The notes beneath the pieces are model-generated. The model saw nothing but the letters and a program-made list of their open reading frames with translations. It ran no database searches and had not been told where the DNA came from. Shown here piece after piece: positions 61,517 to 64,000 of a stretch of DNA of 64,000 nt (its first letter is position 1; each line of letters opens with the position of its first letter). The DNA lies in assembly GCA_965227775.1 (NCBI GenBank), contig OZ245777.1:1824001-1888000 (forward strand). Direction: 5' to 3'. Source of the DNA: Phycisphaerales bacterium (GTDB lineage Bacteria; Planctomycetota; Phycisphaerae; Phycisphaerales; UBA1924). The position numbers and the translations under genes were made by a program.

Positions 61517-63196
61517 TCACCAGATGAACCGGAGGCGGCCGAAGCCCGGAATCGGCACCGGACCGGCCCGCTCGACCGCCGGGAAGTACACGAAGAAGGC
61601 TCGGCCGAGCATGAGCTCGCCCGGCACGATGCCCGGCGGGGCTTCCAGGGGGGAAACCCAGGGGCTCGCATCGCCCAGCAGGCGGCTGTCTTGGCTGCTG
61701 GCGGAGTTGTCGCCGCAGACGAAGAACTGGTCTTGGTCGAGCACCGCAAGGTCAAGCGTGGGGTGGCTGCCGCGCACGGGGAGCTGGCTGTCGCCTCGTG
61801 TCGTCTGGTAGTACAGGTCGCGATCGACGGCCAAGCGGTGGAGCTTCACGGGCCCGACGAGCGAGATGGCCGGGCGGGCCGAGCGGTATGACGAGGGGGC
61901 GGGCACGATGGGGGCCTGGGCGTCAAGCGGCTGGTTGGTTGCCAGCTCGAATCGCTCGATGGGGCCCCAGTCGTAGGTGGCGTACGCGACGCGCTTGCCG
62001 CCGACGAACAGCCAGAGCGCCTGGTCGGCGTGCCAGAATTCGACCTCCGTCACGCTGCCGGAGGTTGGCTGGACGACCTGTGCTTCGTCGAGCACCGTCC
62101 AAGCGGAGGCGTCGGACTCGATCGGGCGCATCTCAATGCGTGCCACTCCGCCGGAGATCTGCGCGCGGAACGCGTGCTCGCGTGCGTCGATGCGGATGGC
62201 CATGCTCTCGAGGCTCTGGCTGACAGGCTCCACGCCCATCCGCACACGCACGTCTCCGACACCGAAGGTGGGCGGCACGAGTGCACGAAGGGTCTCGCCC
62301 GCGCGGCGGTAGCGCTCGTTGTAGGGGTAATAGTCGACTATTGGCCAGGCCTCGGCGTCCCACTGCAAGCGCGTGCTGCCGGGCAGCGTGTGCTCGGGGG
62401 CCGCAGAATCCAGGCCTTCCCACCCCGGGAGGGGCTCGCCCTCAGCCGAGACGGCGGCCCACGGCGGGCTGTACCAATCGAACCCATCGCGGACCGGGTC
62501 GACCGGCGCGCGGGCGGTGTCGTGCACTGGCATCCACACGGCGCGCTGGGCGTGCTCGGGCTTGCGCGCGATCGCCCAGCCGTCCATGGCCCAGGTGCCG
62601 CCCTCCTGGTCGAGGTCTTCGCCCGACGGCGGGATCAGGCTGGGCAGCGGCCGCGTGAAGATGTCCCCATCGACGATGGCCAGCTGTTCGCCGGGAAGGC
62701 CCGTGAGCCGCTTTATGTAGTTGACGGTGGGCTCGGTTGGGTTCTTGAAGACGACCACGTCGAACCGTTTGGGCTCGAAGAGGATCGGCAGGTACTTGAG
62801 CACCAGGATGCGGTCGCCCGCGCGGAGGCGCTGCACCTCGGCATCGATCTGGTACGCCGGGCTGCGGGCGCCACTCACGCCGCCCTCGATAAGCGCGGGC
62901 GGGTTGCTGGCGGTCATCGGGTCGTGCACGGTGTATCGGCTCTCGGCCGCATCGCCGTTGGTCCATGGCCCGACCTGCCAGCGGGCCCCGGTCTGGTCGC
63001 TCACGAACTCGACGTGCTGGCCGAGCAGGGTGGGGGCCATTGAGCCCGTTGGAATGACGAAGGCCTCGATGACGAAGGCGCGGAAGATGAACGCCATCGC
63101 GAATGCGATGATGATGGAACTGAAGGTCTCGCGGATGGAGAAGCGGCCCGACTCACGCTGGGGTGTGGTGGCCGGCCTGGCTGGGGTGGTTGCCAT
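61517..63196 (-). CDS. lepB: Signal peptidase I with large insertion
   Basis: IPTGSMAPTL (Ser), GDRILV, NYIKRL (Lys), GDNSASSQDSR. Confidence 0.9.
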   Translation of the reverse strand: MATTPARPATTPQRESGRFSIRETFSSIIIAFAMAFIFRAFVIEAFVIPTGSMAPTLLGQHVEFVSDQTGARWQVGPWTNGDAAESRYTVHDPMTASNPPALIEGGVSGARSPAYQIDAEVQRLRAGDRILVLKYLPILFEPKRFDVVVFKNPTEPTVNYIKRLTGLPGEQLAIVDGDIFTRPLPSLIPPSGEDLDQEGGTWAMDGWAIARKPEHAQRAVWMPVHDTARAPVDPVRDGFDWYSPPWAAVSAEGEPLPGWEGLDSAAPEHTLPGSTRLQWDAEAWPIVDYYPYNERYRRAGETLRALVPPTFGVGDVRVRMGVEPVSQSLESMAIRIDAREHAFRAQISGGVARIEMRPIESDASAWTVLDEAQVVQPTSGSVTEVEFWHADQALWLFVGGKRVAYATYDWGPIERFELATNQPLDAQAPIVPAPSSYRSARPAISLVGPVKLHRLAVDRDLYYQTTRGDSQLPVRGSHPTLDLAVLDQDQFFVCGDNSASSQDSRLLGDASPWVSPLEAPPGIVPGELMLGRAFFVYFPAVERAGPVPIPGFGRLRFIW

Positions 63197-63228
63197 GGAG
63201 GAGGGTAGGTGGAGGGTTGGGTTGCGGC

Positions 63229-63999
63229 CTACTCGCCGCCAGACGAACCCGAGGGGTTATCGCCGCCCGGCTTCTTCCGCCGGCGCTTGCGGCGCTTCTT
63301 CTTGCGGGGGGCGCTCTCGCCATCGGCGGCAGGCGGGTCGCGGCGCGGTGTGTCGGAGGTGGCGCTCGAGCCGGTATCGCCGGTTGGCTTCTTCTTGCGG
63401 CGGCGCTTCTTCTTTTTGCGGGCGGGCGCGTCGGTGCTCGCCTGCTCGCTCTTGTCTTTTCGCTCGCGACGCGGGCGTGGTGGGGGCGGCGGGGGCGCCA
63501 CAACCTTGGCGGCCGGATCGGGGGCGTCGGCGGGGTCGATGAGCTCTTCGAGCGGGACGGCGATCTCGCGGCCGTCGAAGTCGAGCTTGACCAGCACGAG
63601 TTGCGTCAGAATCTGCGTGTCCAGCACGATGCCCGCACCCTCGCTCGTGCCGACGGGAGTCTTGCGGTGGGGCAATCGTGCCGCCAACTCACGATAACTC
63701 TCGTCCTCGTAGCGCAGGCAGCACATGAGGCGTCCGCAACGGCCGGAGATCTTCAGTGGGTCGAGCGTCGCCTTCTGCTGCTTGGCAGCGCGCATCGGAA
63801 CGGGCTTCAAGACCTTGAGGAAGTTCTTGCAGCAGCAGTGCTGGCCGCAGCGCTCGTAGTCGGCGGTGAGCCTTGCCTCGTCTCGCGCGCCGACGGGGCG
63901 GACCTCGACGCGCGCGCCATCTGGTGCTTCCTTTTGCAACGCGTCGCGCAGGTCGCCGGCCTGGAGGCGCGGGTCGCGGCCTCGGTTGTTCTGATTCCC
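63229..63999 (-). CDS. PSP1 C-terminal / RicT (YaaT)-family protein, 5'-partial
   Basis: RDEA, CGQHCCC, KISGRCGRLMCCLRYE; frame open to window edge. Confidence 0.85.
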   Translation of the reverse strand, partial: GNQNNRGRDPRLQAGDLRDALQKEAPDGARVEVRPVGARDEARLTADYERCGQHCCCKNFLKVLKPVPMRAAKQQKATLDPLKISGRCGRLMCCLRYEDESYRELAARLPHRKTPVGTSEGAGIVLDTQILTQLVLVKLDFDGREIAVPLEELIDPADAPDPAAKVVAPPPPPPRPRRERKDKSEQASTDAPARKKKKRRRKKKPTGDTGSSATSDTPRRDPPAADGESAPRKKKRRKRRRKKPGGDNPSGSSGGE

Positions 64000-64000
64000 A

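Overview
High-GC bacterial chromosome segment, most consistent with a planctomycete (Phycisphaerales-like). Clues are a VPAP-type PEP-CTERM protein, CxxCxYxL...CPECG Zn-ribbon membrane proteins, a UDPGP-type (eukaryote-like) UDP-GlcNAc pyrophosphorylase, an oversized SecDF and an oversized signal peptidase I. It is mostly housekeeping: phoU, eno, tgt-yajC-secDF, cobB, rpe, accD, lnt, aspS, mntR with a Mn/Zn ABC operon, pckA, gyrB, 5-formyl-THF cyclo-ligase, lepB, a partial PSP1/RicT gene, tRNA-Asp(GTC) and tRNA-His(GTG). I saw no CRISPR array, integrase, transposase or prophage gene. Most notable: (i) a cysteine dioxygenase retaining the eukaryote-type Cys93/Tyr157 pair, coupled to a PLP class-V lyase; (ii) a metal ABC transporter whose two permeases both carry DtxR-like tails, behind a visible MntR-type operator; (iii) tandem site-2 and rhomboid proteases sharing a C-terminal module upstream of tgt-yajC-secDF; (iv) several apparent pseudoenzymes (His-phosphatase before accD, QueC-like, His-less HPt, amidohydrolase domains); (v) an orphan flavin-dependent halogenase-like gene; (vi) a 6S-like rod-shaped RNA; (vii) many apparently leaderless genes. 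All assignments are from motif recognition by eye; no searches were run.
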